From an uncultured Solirubrobacteraceae bacterium (GTDB taxonomy: Bacteria > Actinomycetota > Thermoleophilia > Solirubrobacterales > Solirubrobacteraceae), in assembly GCA_963802905.1 (NCBI GenBank), contig CAWDKH010000008.1, forward strand, positions 360,064-424,063: a DNA stretch of 64,000 nucleotides. The letters are read 5' to 3'. Position numbers and translations under genes: made by a program. Shown piece after piece: positions 40,188 through 50,734 of the stretch (within the stretch, counting starts at the first letter, position 1; each line of letters begins with the position of its first letter). The notes beneath the pieces were generated by a model. That model was not told the DNA's origin. It made no database searches and saw only the letters and a list, made by a program, of their open reading frames with translations.

Positions 40188-41003
40188 GTGTCCCTCGACA
40201 CTTCGTGGAACTTCGCCCCCGGCGTCCTGATCGCCCTCACCGGCTACGGCGTGGTCTACGGCCTCCGGTGGCGCACGTCGCGCCGCGAAGGCGGAGCGCG
40301 CGCCGCCAGCGGCTGGCACGCCGCGGCCTGGGCGGGCGGCCTGGTGTGCCTGTTCGTCGCGCTCGTCTCGCCGCTCGACGTGCTCGGCGAGCAGATGGCC
40401 TCGTTCCACATGGTCCAGCACCTGCTGGTCGCGGACCTCGCGCCGATCCTGCTCACGCTCGCACTGACCAAGCACATCCTGCGTCCTGGCACCCGCCGCA
40501 TCCATTGGATCGAGCGCAAGGCCGGTCCGTTCGGCCACCCGGCGTTCGGCGTCATCGCCTACGTCGGCGTGATGTGGCTGTGGCACGTCCCCTACTTCTA
40601 CGACGGCGCGCTCGCGCACTCGGGCGTACACGTGCTCGAGCACCTCAGCTTCGCCGCCGCCGGACTTCTCTACTGGTGGCACCTGCTCTCCCCCATCCGC
40701 AGCCGGCTGCGGCTCGGCGGCATGGGCCCCGTCCTGTACATGGCGAGCACCAAGCTGCTCGTCGGCATCCTCGGGATCCTGCTCGCGTTCGCGCCCGAGC
40801 TGATCTACGACGGCTACGGCACGACCGGCACGAAGCTCGGCCTGTCGCCGCTCGACGACCTCCACGTCGCCGGCCTGCTGATGGCGCTCGAGCAGTCGCT
40901 CGTGATGGGCATCGCGATCGTCTACCTGTTCGTGCGCATGCTCTCCGAGGCCGACCGCGAGGACGAGCGTGCCGAGCGCTACGAGGCCGCGTCGCCCTCC
41001 TGA
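40188..41003 (+). CDS. cytochrome c oxidase assembly factor CtaG-like membrane protein
   Basis: Polytopic protein with the pattern of the caa3_CtaG family (SPLDVLGEQMASFHMVQHLLV...WHVPYFYD...HVLEHLSF). GTG start at 40188. Confidence 0.75.
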   Translation: MSLDTSWNFAPGVLIALTGYGVVYGLRWRTSRREGGARAASGWHAAAWAGGLVCLFVALVSPLDVLGEQMASFHMVQHLLVADLAPILLTLALTKHILRPGTRRIHWIERKAGPFGHPAFGVIAYVGVMWLWHVPYFYDGALAHSGVHVLEHLSFAAAGLLYWWHLLSPIRSRLRLGGMGPVLYMASTKLLVGILGILLAFAPELIYDGYGTTGTKLGLSPLDDLHVAGLLMALEQSLVMGIAIVYLFVRMLSEADREDERAERYEAASPS

Positions 41004-41487
41004 GCGAAGCGCCGCCGCCCGCGGACGCGCTCCGTGTGGGCCTCGTTGAGGCGCCGGTGATCGCGCATGAAGTCGCGCACGAGGCTGACCTGATCGGTCG
41101 TGTAGCTCTCGAGCTGGCGCACCGTCTCGATCGACAAGCGGGGCGAACAGCTCGCGCAGCAGCTCCTGCGCTCGCGGCGTCAGCTCCACCAGCACGCGCC
41201 GACGGTCGCCCGCGTCCGGCACCCGGCGGGCGTAGCCCGCGCGCTCGAGCCGGTCGAGCACGGTGGTGACCGCGCCGGTGCTCAGCCCAGCCTCGCTCGG
41301 CCAGCCGGCCGGCGCTCACGCCGTCGAGCCGCTCGATGATGTCGAGGCAGCGCATGTCGGTCCGGTTGAGGCCGAGGAAGTCGGCGACGACCTGGTCGGC
41401 GATGTCGTTGGTGACCCCGCTCAGCCGAAGCTCTTCGGCCACCTCGGCCAGCACGTCTTCGCGACTCTCTGCCCGAACGAACCTCAT
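40979..41487 (-). pseudogene. MarR family transcriptional regulator, reading frame broken twice
   Basis: Three consecutive frames each carry one contiguous part of a MarR protein. Frame 1: MRFVRAESRED...LNRTDMRCLDIIERLDGVSAGRLA. Frame 2: SEAGLSTGAVTTVLDRLERAGYARRVPDAGDRRRVLVELTPRAQELLRELFAPL. Frame 3: SIETVRQLESYTTDQVSLVRDFMRDHRRLNEAHTERV...*. The breaks are near 41298 and 41130. Confidence 0.6.
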
Positions 41488-41493
41488 TGCTCA

Positions 41494-41516
41494 GGGAACC
41501 CTACCTGGTGGTTCCC
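41494..41516 (-). terminator. hairpin after the ahcY-paralogue operon
   Basis: GGGAACC-9 nt-GGTTCCC, about 18 nt downstream of the stop at 41535. It also lies just upstream of the MarR start, so it could equally be an operator. Confidence 0.3.
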
Positions 41517-41534
41517 CGGAACGGGACGAAATTT

Positions 41535-42746
41535 CTAGGACCAGGAGCGCAGGTAGTCCCGCTGCTCGGCGGTGAGCTCGTCGATCTCGACGCCGAGCGA
41601 TTCGAGCTTCAGCCGCGCGACCTCGCGATCGACCGCCTCCGGCACCGGATGCACGCCCGCGGCGAGCTCGCCGGGATGGCGCACGAGGTGCTCGACCGCC
41701 AGCGCCTGGTTGGCGAACGACATGTCCATGACCGCCGCCGGGTGGCCCTGGCCGGCGGCGAGGTTGACCACGCGGCCGCTGGCGAGCAGGTTCAGCTTGC
41801 GCCCGCCGAGGTCGTACTGCTCGACCATCGGCAGGACCTCGCGCGGGCCGTCGGCCACGGCGCGCAGCGCGTCGAGGTCGATCTCGATGTCGAAGTGCCC
41901 CGCGTTGGCGAGCACGGCGCCGTCCTTCATGCGCTCGAAGTGCGGCCCGGTCAGCACGGCGCGCGAGCCGGTGACGGTGATGAAGACGTCGCCGCGCTCG
42001 GCGGCGGCGAGCGCGGGCATCACCTCGAAGCCCTCCATCCGCGCCTCGAGCGCCCGCATCGGATCGACCTCGCAGACGATCACCTGCGCGCCGGCGCCGC
42101 GGGCGCGCAGCGCGACGCCCTTGCCGGTCCAGCCGTAGCCGAACACCACGAACGTCTTGCCGGCCACCAGGATGTTGGTGGCGCGCAGGATGCCGTCGAT
42201 CGTCGACTGGCCGGTGCCGTAGTGGTCGTTGAACAGTCGCTCGGTGCCGGCCTCGTTGACCGCGAGCACAGGGCAGCCGAGCCGCCCCTCGGCCTCGAGC
42301 GCGCGCAGGCGCAGCAGGCCGGTGGTCGTCTCCTCGGTGCCGCCGAGCAGATCGCCGAGCCGCTCCGGGTGGCGGTCGTGGATGACCGTCAGGAGGTCGG
42401 CGCCGTCGTCGAGCGTGACCTGGGGGCCCGCCTCGACGAGCGCGAGCACGTTGGCGACGTAGGCGTCGACGTCCTCGCCGCGGCGGCCGCGGACGTCGAC
42501 GTCGCCCGCCAGCGCGTCCGCCACGTCGTCCTGCGTCGACAGCGGGTTGGCGGCGGCCAGCGCCGCCTCCGCCCCGCCCGCGACGAGCGTGCGGACGAGG
42601 TTGGCCGTCTCCGCCGTGATGTGCAGGCAGGCGGCCACGCGCACGCCCGCGAGCGGCCGCTCAGTGGCGAACCGCTCGCGGATCGAGCGCAGCACCGGCA
42701 TCTGCGCGTCCGCCCATTCGATACGGGCGAGACCCGCAGACGCCAT
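41535..42746 (-). CDS. adenosylhomocysteinase-family protein, short archaeal type, divergent
   Basis: 403 aa with the family motifs CLHITAETA, NPLSTQDD, TEETTTG, GYGWTGKG, GHFDIEID and GHPAAVMDMSFANQ. It has TERLFNDHYG where the canonical copy has [10 protein letters not shown]. Confidence 0.8.
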   Translation of the reverse strand: MASAGLARIEWADAQMPVLRSIRERFATERPLAGVRVAACLHITAETANLVRTLVAGGAEAALAAANPLSTQDDVADALAGDVDVRGRRGEDVDAYVANVLALVEAGPQVTLDDGADLLTVIHDRHPERLGDLLGGTEETTTGLLRLRALEAEGRLGCPVLAVNEAGTERLFNDHYGTGQSTIDGILRATNILVAGKTFVVFGYGWTGKGVALRARGAGAQVIVCEVDPMRALEARMEGFEVMPALAAAERGDVFITVTGSRAVLTGPHFERMKDGAVLANAGHFDIEIDLDALRAVADGPREVLPMVEQYDLGGRKLNLLASGRVVNLAAGQGHPAAVMDMSFANQALAVEHLVRHPGELAAGVHPVPEAVDREVARLKLESLGVEIDELTAEQRDYLRSWS

Positions 42747-42752
42747 GGCGCT

Positions 42753-44562
<1,810 letters not shown>

Positions 44563-44563
44563 C

Positions 44564-44579
44564 TAACACAGTTGTGTCA
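44564..44579. promoter_or_regulatory. imperfect palindrome upstream of merR-ahcY
   Basis: TAACACA-GT-TGTGTCA, 16-31 nt upstream of the MerR ATG. It overlaps TTGACA on the minus strand. Confidence 0.3.
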
Positions 44580-44613
44580 AGGTTGGCCCCGGTACGGCAG
44601 GCGCTGACGACGA

Positions 44614-44637
44614 CGGTACGGCAGTTCTGCCGATGCG
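44614..44637. repeat. copy A of a 24-nt motif flanking the LAL regulator locus
   Basis: CGGTACGGCAGTTCTGCCGATGCG (core palindrome CGGCAG-TT-CTGCCG). An 11-nt partial copy CGGTACGGCAG lies at 44590-44600. Confidence 0.4.
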
Positions 44638-44690
44638 CCGGCCCGGAGGCGCACGTAGCGTCGGTCCTCCCCCAACCCCAGGAGGTCGAC

Positions 44691-44858
44691 ATGGACTCCC
44701 ACCTCTCCCAGCAGCTCGCGACGATCCGCACCGCCGAGGCCGTCGAGCGGGCCACCGCCGCCCGCGCGGCGCGCGACGCGCGGCCCGAGCGGACGCGCAA
44801 GCCTCCGCGCGTCCGCACGCGCATCGCGCGCTTCGCGCATCGGTCAGCGCGCGCTTGA
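44691..44858 (+). CDS. small Arg/Ala-rich ORF (hypothetical, 55 aa)
   Basis: GGAGG lies 5 nt upstream of the ATG: MDSHLSQQLATIRTAEAVERATAARAARDARPERTRKPPRVRTRIARFAHRSARA. It ends 20 nt before the LAL regulator start. Confidence 0.35.
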   Translation: MDSHLSQQLATIRTAEAVERATAARAARDARPERTRKPPRVRTRIARFAHRSARA

Positions 44859-44878
44859 CGCCCGCGGGCGGCAGGACG

Positions 44879-47848
44879 ATGATCGACCGTGTGGCGCGCC
44901 GGGTCTCGAGCCCGCACACGGTTGGCCGCACGGACACGCTGGCAGCCCTCGACAGGGCGCTGACGCAGGTCTCCGAGGGCGCCGCGCGGCTCGTGCTGCT
45001 CGCTGGCGAGGCCGGGATCGGCAAGACCCGGATGGCGCACGAGCTCGCGGACCGCGCCCGCGAGCGCGGCCAGCGCGTGCTGTGGGGCGAGTGCGTCCCG
45101 ATGCAGGCCGGCGAGCTGCCCTACGCGCCGCTCGTCGCGGCGCTCCGAGGCCGCGGCGCCGAGACGGGCGTGGCGCTCGACCGGCTGCTCACCGAGCTGC
45201 GCGACGGCCGCGGCGGCGGCGCGCCCGCCACGCCGCAGGCGCCCGCGCGCCTGTTCGAGCTGCTGCTGGGTGCGCTCGGCCGCCTCGCCGAGACGACGCC
45301 AACGGTGGTCGTCGTCGAGGACATCCAATGGGCCGACCACGCGACCCAGGACCTCGTGCGCTTCCTCGCCCGCAACCTGCGCGACGAGCGGCTGCTGATC
45401 CTGGCGACGCTGCGCACCGACGAGCCGGCGCCGCCGGGGCTGCGGGACCTGCTCGCCGAGCTCGCCCGCAGCGCGCGCGTCGAGCGCCTCGAGCTCACGC
45501 GGCTCACGGCCGAGGACACGGCGTTGCAGGTCGCGGGCATCGTGGGCGCGGACGGCGACGCGGCGCTCGCCGAGTGGGTCCACGGGCGGGCGGAGGGCAA
45601 CCCGTACTTCGCCGAGGAGCTGCTCGCGGCCCGCGTCGCGGGCGAGCCCGGGGCCGCCCTCCCCGACTCCCTGCGCGACGTGCTGCTCACGCGCATGGCG
45701 GACCTCGACGGGGCGCCGCGCCAGGTGGTCCTCGTCGCGGCCACCGCCGGCCGCGACATCGGCCACGAGCTGCTCGCCCGCGCGGCGGGCCTGGACGCCG
45801 ATGTGCTCGCCGCCGCCCTCCGGGAGCTGGTCGCCGCCCACGTGCTGGTGTGCGACGCGTCCGCCGAGCGCTACCGCTTCCGGCACGCGCTGGCGGGCGA
45901 GGCCGTCTACGCGGAGCTGCTGCCGCCCGACCGGCGCGCGCTGCACGCCGCGATCGCGCGGGCGCTCGAGGCGGCGGTCCCCGCGCCCGACCGCGGCGCC
46001 GCCGAGTGGGCGGCGCTCGCGCAGCACTGGGACGGCGCGCACGACGAGGCGGCCGCCCTGCGCTCGTCGGTCGCGGCGGCCGCGGCGGCGCACGCCGTCT
46101 ACGCGTTCGAGGCGGCGCGCGGACACCTCGAGCGGGCCCGCGCGCTGTGGGAGCGAGTCGCGAGGGAGGCGCGGCCCGCCGACCTCGACGAGGTCGAGTT
46201 GCTGCGGCGGCTCGCCGACGCCACGCGCTTCGCGGGCGACCGCGAGGCCGCCATCCCGATCGCCGAGGCTGCGCTCGCGCTCGTCGACGCCGGCGCGGAG
46301 CCGGGGCGCGCCGCCTCGATCCACATCCAGCTCGGCACCCTGCGCCGGTCGCGCGAGCGCGCCCTGCCGCAGCTCGAGCGCGCGCTCGAGCTGCTGCCGC
46401 CGGGCCCGTCGCGCGAGCGGGCGGCGGCCATGAGCTGGATCGGCCGGCACCTCATCTACGGCGAGCTGCCCAGCGACACGCGCGCGTTCGCGCTGGAGGC
46501 GCTCGAGGTTGCACGAGCGGCGGGAGCGCGCGACGAGGAAGGCATCGTGAACGGGACGCTCGGCGTCGCGTTCGCCTACGGCGGCGATCCCGAGACCGGG
46601 CTCGCCCATTACCGCGAGGCCGTCCGCATCGCCCGCGAGGTCGGCCGCGGCGAGCGGCTGGCCGCCGAGCTCAACAACCTGGGCGACGCGTTGGCGATGC
46701 TCGGACGCATGGACGAGGCGCTCACGATCCTCGAGGACGGCTACGAGGAGGTGCGCGCCGTCGGGCTGGCCCTCTCGGAGGGGGTGCTGCTGCAGGTGAC
46801 GGCGGCGGAGTGCGAACTGCGCCTGGGCCGCTGGGACGAGGCGGCAGCGCGGCTGGAGCGGCTGCTGGAGCGCAGCCACGACGACGAGCTGCGGCTCGCC
46901 GCGTTCGGCTTTCTCACCGCGATCCGGGCGCGGCAGGGCGACTTCGCGGCGGCCGAGGCGTTCGAGCGCGAGGCCACGCCGCTGCTGGCGGCGAACGTCG
47001 CGCCGCAGACGATCGTGAGCACCAACACCGCGCGCGCCGAGTTCGCGCGCCTGCGCGGCGACCCGGAGGCCGCGCGCGCGATCGTGTGCGACACGCACGA
47101 GACCATCCGCTGGGGCGGGATCATCTGCTACCCGAGCATGCTGCTGGTCGGCATCCAGGCGGAGGCCGACCTCGCCGAGCGGGCGCGGGCGGCGGGCGAC
47201 GCAGACGATGCGGAGCGCGCGTGCCGGTCGGCCGAGCGGCTCCTCGGCTCGCCCGACTGGATGGGCTCGCTGCTCAGCTACGGGTTCGAGTCCCCGGTAG
47301 GCGATCCGGCGCCGCCGGAGACCCGGGCGGTCCACGCCGAGGCCGAGGCCGAGCTCACGCGTCTCGACGGCGCGCCGCGTGCCGAGCCGTGGGCGCTCGC
47401 CGCCGAGCGGTGGGAGCGGCTCAACTTCCCCTACCCCGCCGCCGCAGCGCGACTGCGTGAGGCGGAGGCGCTGCTGGCGGCCGGGGGAGAGCGCGCGGCC
47501 GCGGCGGCCGCGCTCCGCGGCGCGCACGCGACCCTCGACCGTCTCGGCGCGACGCCGCTGCGCGACGCGGCGGGGACGCTCGCGCGGCGCGCGCGGATCG
47601 TGCTGAGCGAGGCACGCGAGCCGGCCGAGCGGCCGTTCGATCTCACCGAGCGCGAGCTGACCGTGCTCCAGCGCCTGGCGACCGGCAGGACCAACCGGCA
47701 GATCGCCGAGGAGCTCTACCTGAGCACCCGCACGGTCGACATGCACGTGCGCAACATCCTCCCCAAGCTCGACGCCGCCAACCGCGTCGAAGCCGCCAAC
47801 ACCGCGCACCGCCTCGGCCTCGTCCGCGGTACGGCAGTCCTGCCGTAG
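44879..47848 (+). CDS. large ATP-binding LuxR-family (LAL/MalT-like) transcriptional regulator
   Basis: N-terminal P-loop (LLAGEAGIGKTRM) with Walker B (VVVVEDIQWAD), central TPR-like helical repeats, and a C-terminal LuxR HTH (LTERELTVLQRLATGRTNRQIAEELYLSTRTVDMHVRNIL). ATG 44879 with AGGA RBS. Confidence 0.85.
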   Translation: MIDRVARRVSSPHTVGRTDTLAALDRALTQVSEGAARLVLLAGEAGIGKTRMAHELADRARERGQRVLWGECVPMQAGELPYAPLVAALRGRGAETGVALDRLLTELRDGRGGGAPATPQAPARLFELLLGALGRLAETTPTVVVVEDIQWADHATQDLVRFLARNLRDERLLILATLRTDEPAPPGLRDLLAELARSARVERLELTRLTAEDTALQVAGIVGADGDAALAEWVHGRAEGNPYFAEELLAARVAGEPGAALPDSLRDVLLTRMADLDGAPRQVVLVAATAGRDIGHELLARAAGLDADVLAAALRELVAAHVLVCDASAERYRFRHALAGEAVYAELLPPDRRALHAAIARALEAAVPAPDRGAAEWAALAQHWDGAHDEAAALRSSVAAAAAAHAVYAFEAARGHLERARALWERVAREARPADLDEVELLRRLADATRFAGDREAAIPIAEAALALVDAGAEPGRAASIHIQLGTLRRSRERALPQLERALELLPPGPSRERAAAMSWIGRHLIYGELPSDTRAFALEALEVARAAGARDEEGIVNGTLGVAFAYGGDPETGLAHYREAVRIAREVGRGERLAAELNNLGDALAMLGRMDEALTILEDGYEEVRAVGLALSEGVLLQVTAAECELRLGRWDEAAARLERLLERSHDDELRLAAFGFLTAIRARQGDFAAAEAFEREATPLLAANVAPQTIVSTNTARAEFARLRGDPEAARAIVCDTHETIRWGGIICYPSMLLVGIQAEADLAERARAAGDADDAERACRSAERLLGSPDWMGSLLSYGFESPVGDPAPPETRAVHAEAEAELTRLDGAPRAEPWALAAERWERLNFPYPAAAARLREAEALLAAGGERAAAAAALRGAHATLDRLGATPLRDAAGTLARRARIVLSEAREPAERPFDLTERELTVLQRLATGRTNRQIAEELYLSTRTVDMHVRNILPKLDAANRVEAANTAHRLGLVRGTAVLP

Positions 47849-47850
47849 CG
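47827..47850. repeat. copy B of the 24-nt motif (perfect 18-bp palindrome)
   Basis: CGGTACGGCAGTCCTGCCGTAGCG matches copy A at 21 of 24 positions. TACGGCAG-TC-CTGCCGTA is a perfect palindrome that overlaps the last codons and the stop of the LAL gene. It lies 31 nt upstream of the next gene. Confidence 0.4.
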
Positions 47851-47880
47851 GGTGCAGAACCTGCGGCGTAGCGTCGGCGC

Positions 47881-48999
47881 ATGTCCTTGCGCCTGCCCGC
47901 GCTGGCCTGCCTCCTCACCCTCCTGGGCGGGCCGGCGTGCGGCGGCGGCGATCGCCCGTCCCCGACCCCGGCGCCCGGCCCGCAGCTCACGGCGGCCGTC
48001 GAGCGCGAGCTCGACAGCCGGCTGCGCGAGAGCGTCGCCGACGCCGGCATCCCCGGCGCGTCGGCGGCGATCGTGTTCCGCGACGGGCGCGTATGGCGCG
48101 GCGCGGCCGGCGACGCGGTGGTGAAACCGAAGCGCGCGATGACGCCGGACACCGCCCTCCCGTTCGACAGCATCACGAAGGTCGCGACGGCGGTACTCGC
48201 GCTGCGACTCGTCGAAGAGGGCAAGCTGCGCCTCGAGGACCCGATCGTGCGCTGGTACCCGCGCTGGCGCGGCGACCGGCACGCCACCGTCCGTGACCTG
48301 CTGGGGCACACCTCCGGAGCGCGCGACCCCCAGGATGAGATCGATCCGAACCAGCCGCTGTCGCAGAAGCGCTTCCTCGCCGCGGCTCCGAAGCCCGGGC
48401 CGAGGACCGACGTCGCCCACTACTCCAACGTCGGCTACATGATCGCGGGCTCCATCCTCGAGCGCGCCGGCCGTGAGCCGCTCACGACAGCGCTGCGGCG
48501 CAGCGTGTTCGCCCATCCCGGTGGCGACGGCCTCGCGTTCCAGCCCGCGGAGCAGCCGAAGCCGCCGCGCGCGCACTCCTACTGGTATCCGGAAGGCGGA
48601 GGCAGCCCCGTCGATGCGAGCGACGGCGGCCCTGTCCTGCCGTACCGGTCGCTCGCCGCCACGTCCGGCGCGGCCGGTGCCCTCGCCGGGGACGTCCCCT
48701 CACTCGCGCGGTGGGGGCACGAGCTGTTCGGCGGGCGCGTGCTCAAGCCCGCCTCGCTGCGCGAGATGGCGCGCTTCCATTCCGGTGGCTTCTGGGAGGC
48801 CTACGGGCTTGGGCTCGCGCAGGACTCCTTCGAGGACCGCACCATGTGGGGCCACGGCGGCGACGGGCTCGGCAGCCACACGGAGTTCTGGCACCTGCCC
48901 CGCGAGCACCTCACGCTCGCGGTGACCTGGAACGATGACCTGCTCGACCGCGACGGCGGCCTCCACACCGTGCTGCTGCGCGCCGCCCTCGGCGGCTAG
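47881..48999 (+). CDS. serine hydrolase (beta-lactamase/PBP4*-like), probable lipoprotein
   Basis: N-terminal signal with Cys (LLTLLGGPACGG) and the SxxK motif FDSITKV. The overall pattern is that of the class C beta-lactamase-related family. Confidence 0.85.
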   Translation: MSLRLPALACLLTLLGGPACGGGDRPSPTPAPGPQLTAAVERELDSRLRESVADAGIPGASAAIVFRDGRVWRGAAGDAVVKPKRAMTPDTALPFDSITKVATAVLALRLVEEGKLRLEDPIVRWYPRWRGDRHATVRDLLGHTSGARDPQDEIDPNQPLSQKRFLAAAPKPGPRTDVAHYSNVGYMIAGSILERAGREPLTTALRRSVFAHPGGDGLAFQPAEQPKPPRAHSYWYPEGGGSPVDASDGGPVLPYRSLAATSGAAGALAGDVPSLARWGHELFGGRVLKPASLREMARFHSGGFWEAYGLGLAQDSFEDRTMWGHGGDGLGSHTEFWHLPREHLTLAVTWNDDLLDRDGGLHTVLLRAALGG

Positions 49000-49157
49000 C
49001 GCGGCTTCGGGCGCGCCCGGCGTGCCTCGAGCTGCTTCTGGACCTGCGCGATCTTCGCGCGGCCCTTCGGCGATTGGGCGTAGGTCTTGGCCTGGTTGAA
49101 GAGGCGGCGCCCCTGCGGGGACGTGGCGAACTTGGCGAGCTTGTTCATGAGTGGCAT
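48996..49157 (-). CDS. small basic protein (hypothetical, 53 aa)
   Basis: Own translation: MPLMNKLAKFATSPQGRRLFNQAKTYAQSPKGRAKIAQVQKQLEARRARPKPR*. 49 of 52 codons end in G/C. AGGA lies 8 nt upstream. The ORF starts 10 nt after the aldehyde dehydrogenase stop. Not in the track (under 60 aa). Confidence 0.5.
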   Translation of the reverse strand: MPLMNKLAKFATSPQGRRLFNQAKTYAQSPKGRAKIAQVQKQLEARRARPKPR

Positions 49158-49166
49158 ATCGAGGTC

Positions 49167-50723
49167 CTACCCATCCAGCCGGAAATCCGCGTCGGCGTCG
49201 ATCTCGACGACGTCCATCTGCGCCTTCTGCAGCTTGCCGGCGTAATCCCAGTTCATCGACTGCCAGCGCGTGAACTGGTCGAGCACCCACATGCCGGACT
49301 GGCGCGAGCCGTTGCCGGACTTGCCGTTGCCGCCGAACGGCAGGTGGGCCTCCGCGCCGGAGGTCGAGTTGTTGACCGAGAGCATGCCCGCGCTGACCTG
49401 CTGGCGGAAGCGCAGGGCGTGCGTGGGGCTGTTCGTGTAGATCGCCGACGACAGGCCGTAGCCGTGGTCGTTGGCGAGCCCGATCGCCTCGTCCCAGGTC
49501 GAGAACTTCGCGACCGGCACGATCGGACCGAACGTCTCGGTGGTCGCGAGCGCGTCCTCGCGGGTGACCCCGGTGACGATCGTCGGGTGGTAGAAGAGGC
49601 CCGCCTCGGCGTCGCCGACGAAGCCGTCGCGCGGCGAGTCGCCGCCGATCCGGCCGGTGGCGCTCGAGCCGAGCACCTCGTGGTGGTCCTCGATCAGGCC
49701 GAGCCACTCCTCGAAGCGGTCGGCGAAGCGCTCGTGCAGCATCGGGCCGTAGAGGACGTCCTCGGCCGGGTCGCCGATCGCCGCCGCGCGGGTGCGCTCG
49801 TCGAGCCGCTTGACGAACTCGTCGTGCACGTCCTCGTGGACGACCGCAAGGCCCAGCGAGGTGCAGCGCTGGCCGGCGGTGCCGAAGCCGCTGAACAGGG
49901 CGCCCTCGACCGCGAGGTCGAGGTCGGCGTCGTCCATCACCACGAGCGGGTTCTTGCCGCCGAGCTCGAGGCAGGGGCTCTGCAGATGGCGGCCGCAAAG
50001 CTCGCCGATCTTGGAGCCGACGGCGCTCGAGCCGGTGAAGCCGACCTTGTCGACGAGGCCCGCGTCGAGCGCGCGCTCGAGCCCCCCGAAGGTCGCCGCG
50101 CCCTCGGCCTGGACGAGGTTGAGCACGCCGCCGGGGACGCCGCCGGCGTGGAACAGGCGCGCCAGCGCGTCGCCCAGCGCCGGCGAGTACTCGGCCGGCT
50201 TCCACACGACCGCGTTGCCGCACAGGATCGCCGGCACGAGGTACCACGACGGCACTGCGACGGGGAAGTTGCCGGCGGTGATGATCGCGGCGACGCCGAC
50301 CGGGACGCGGAACGTGAAGAGCTGCTTGTCGGGCATCTCCGACGGCACGGTCTGGCCGTAGAGGCGCCGGCCCTCGCCGACGAAGAAGTCGCAGGTGTCG
50401 ATGATCTCCTGCACCTCGCCGAGCGACTCGGCGTAGGGCTTGCCGACCTCCTGGGTGACGAGGCGCGAGAGCGCCTCCTTGTTGTCCTCCACGAGGCGGC
50501 CGACGTTGGCGATCACGCGGCCGCGGACGGGCGCTGGCACGGAGGCCCACTCGGCCTGGGCCGTGCGGGCAGCGCGGCAGGCGTCCTCGAAGGTCTGGGC
50601 GTCGCCGAGCAGGACCTCGGCGACCACCTCGTCGGTGCGGGCGGGATTGGTGGACGTCAGGCGGCCTCCGGGCGCGTCTTCGCGCGGCCGGCCGTCGACG
50701 ATGGAGGCGATGGTGCGAGGCAT
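49167..50723 (-). CDS. NAD(P)-dependent aldehyde dehydrogenase
   Basis: ALDH motifs FTGSSAVGSKI, LELGGKNP and the catalytic FSGFGTAGQRCTS. ATG at 50723 (MPRTIASIVDG). Confidence 0.9.
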   Translation of the reverse strand: MPRTIASIVDGRPREDAPGGRLTSTNPARTDEVVAEVLLGDAQTFEDACRAARTAQAEWASVPAPVRGRVIANVGRLVEDNKEALSRLVTQEVGKPYAESLGEVQEIIDTCDFFVGEGRRLYGQTVPSEMPDKQLFTFRVPVGVAAIITAGNFPVAVPSWYLVPAILCGNAVVWKPAEYSPALGDALARLFHAGGVPGGVLNLVQAEGAATFGGLERALDAGLVDKVGFTGSSAVGSKIGELCGRHLQSPCLELGGKNPLVVMDDADLDLAVEGALFSGFGTAGQRCTSLGLAVVHEDVHDEFVKRLDERTRAAAIGDPAEDVLYGPMLHERFADRFEEWLGLIEDHHEVLGSSATGRIGGDSPRDGFVGDAEAGLFYHPTIVTGVTREDALATTETFGPIVPVAKFSTWDEAIGLANDHGYGLSSAIYTNSPTHALRFRQQVSAGMLSVNNSTSGAEAHLPFGGNGKSGNGSRQSGMWVLDQFTRWQSMNWDYAGKLQKAQMDVVEIDADADFRLDG

Positions 50724-50734
50724 GGGCGATGAAC

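Noticed and set aside
41535-42746. The second SAH-hydrolase gene as a simple recent duplicate of ahcY
   Set aside because: The two proteins differ in length class (403 aa archaeal type versus ~475 aa with the actinobacterial insertion) and in most non-motif positions. They are ancient paralogues, not a tandem duplication.
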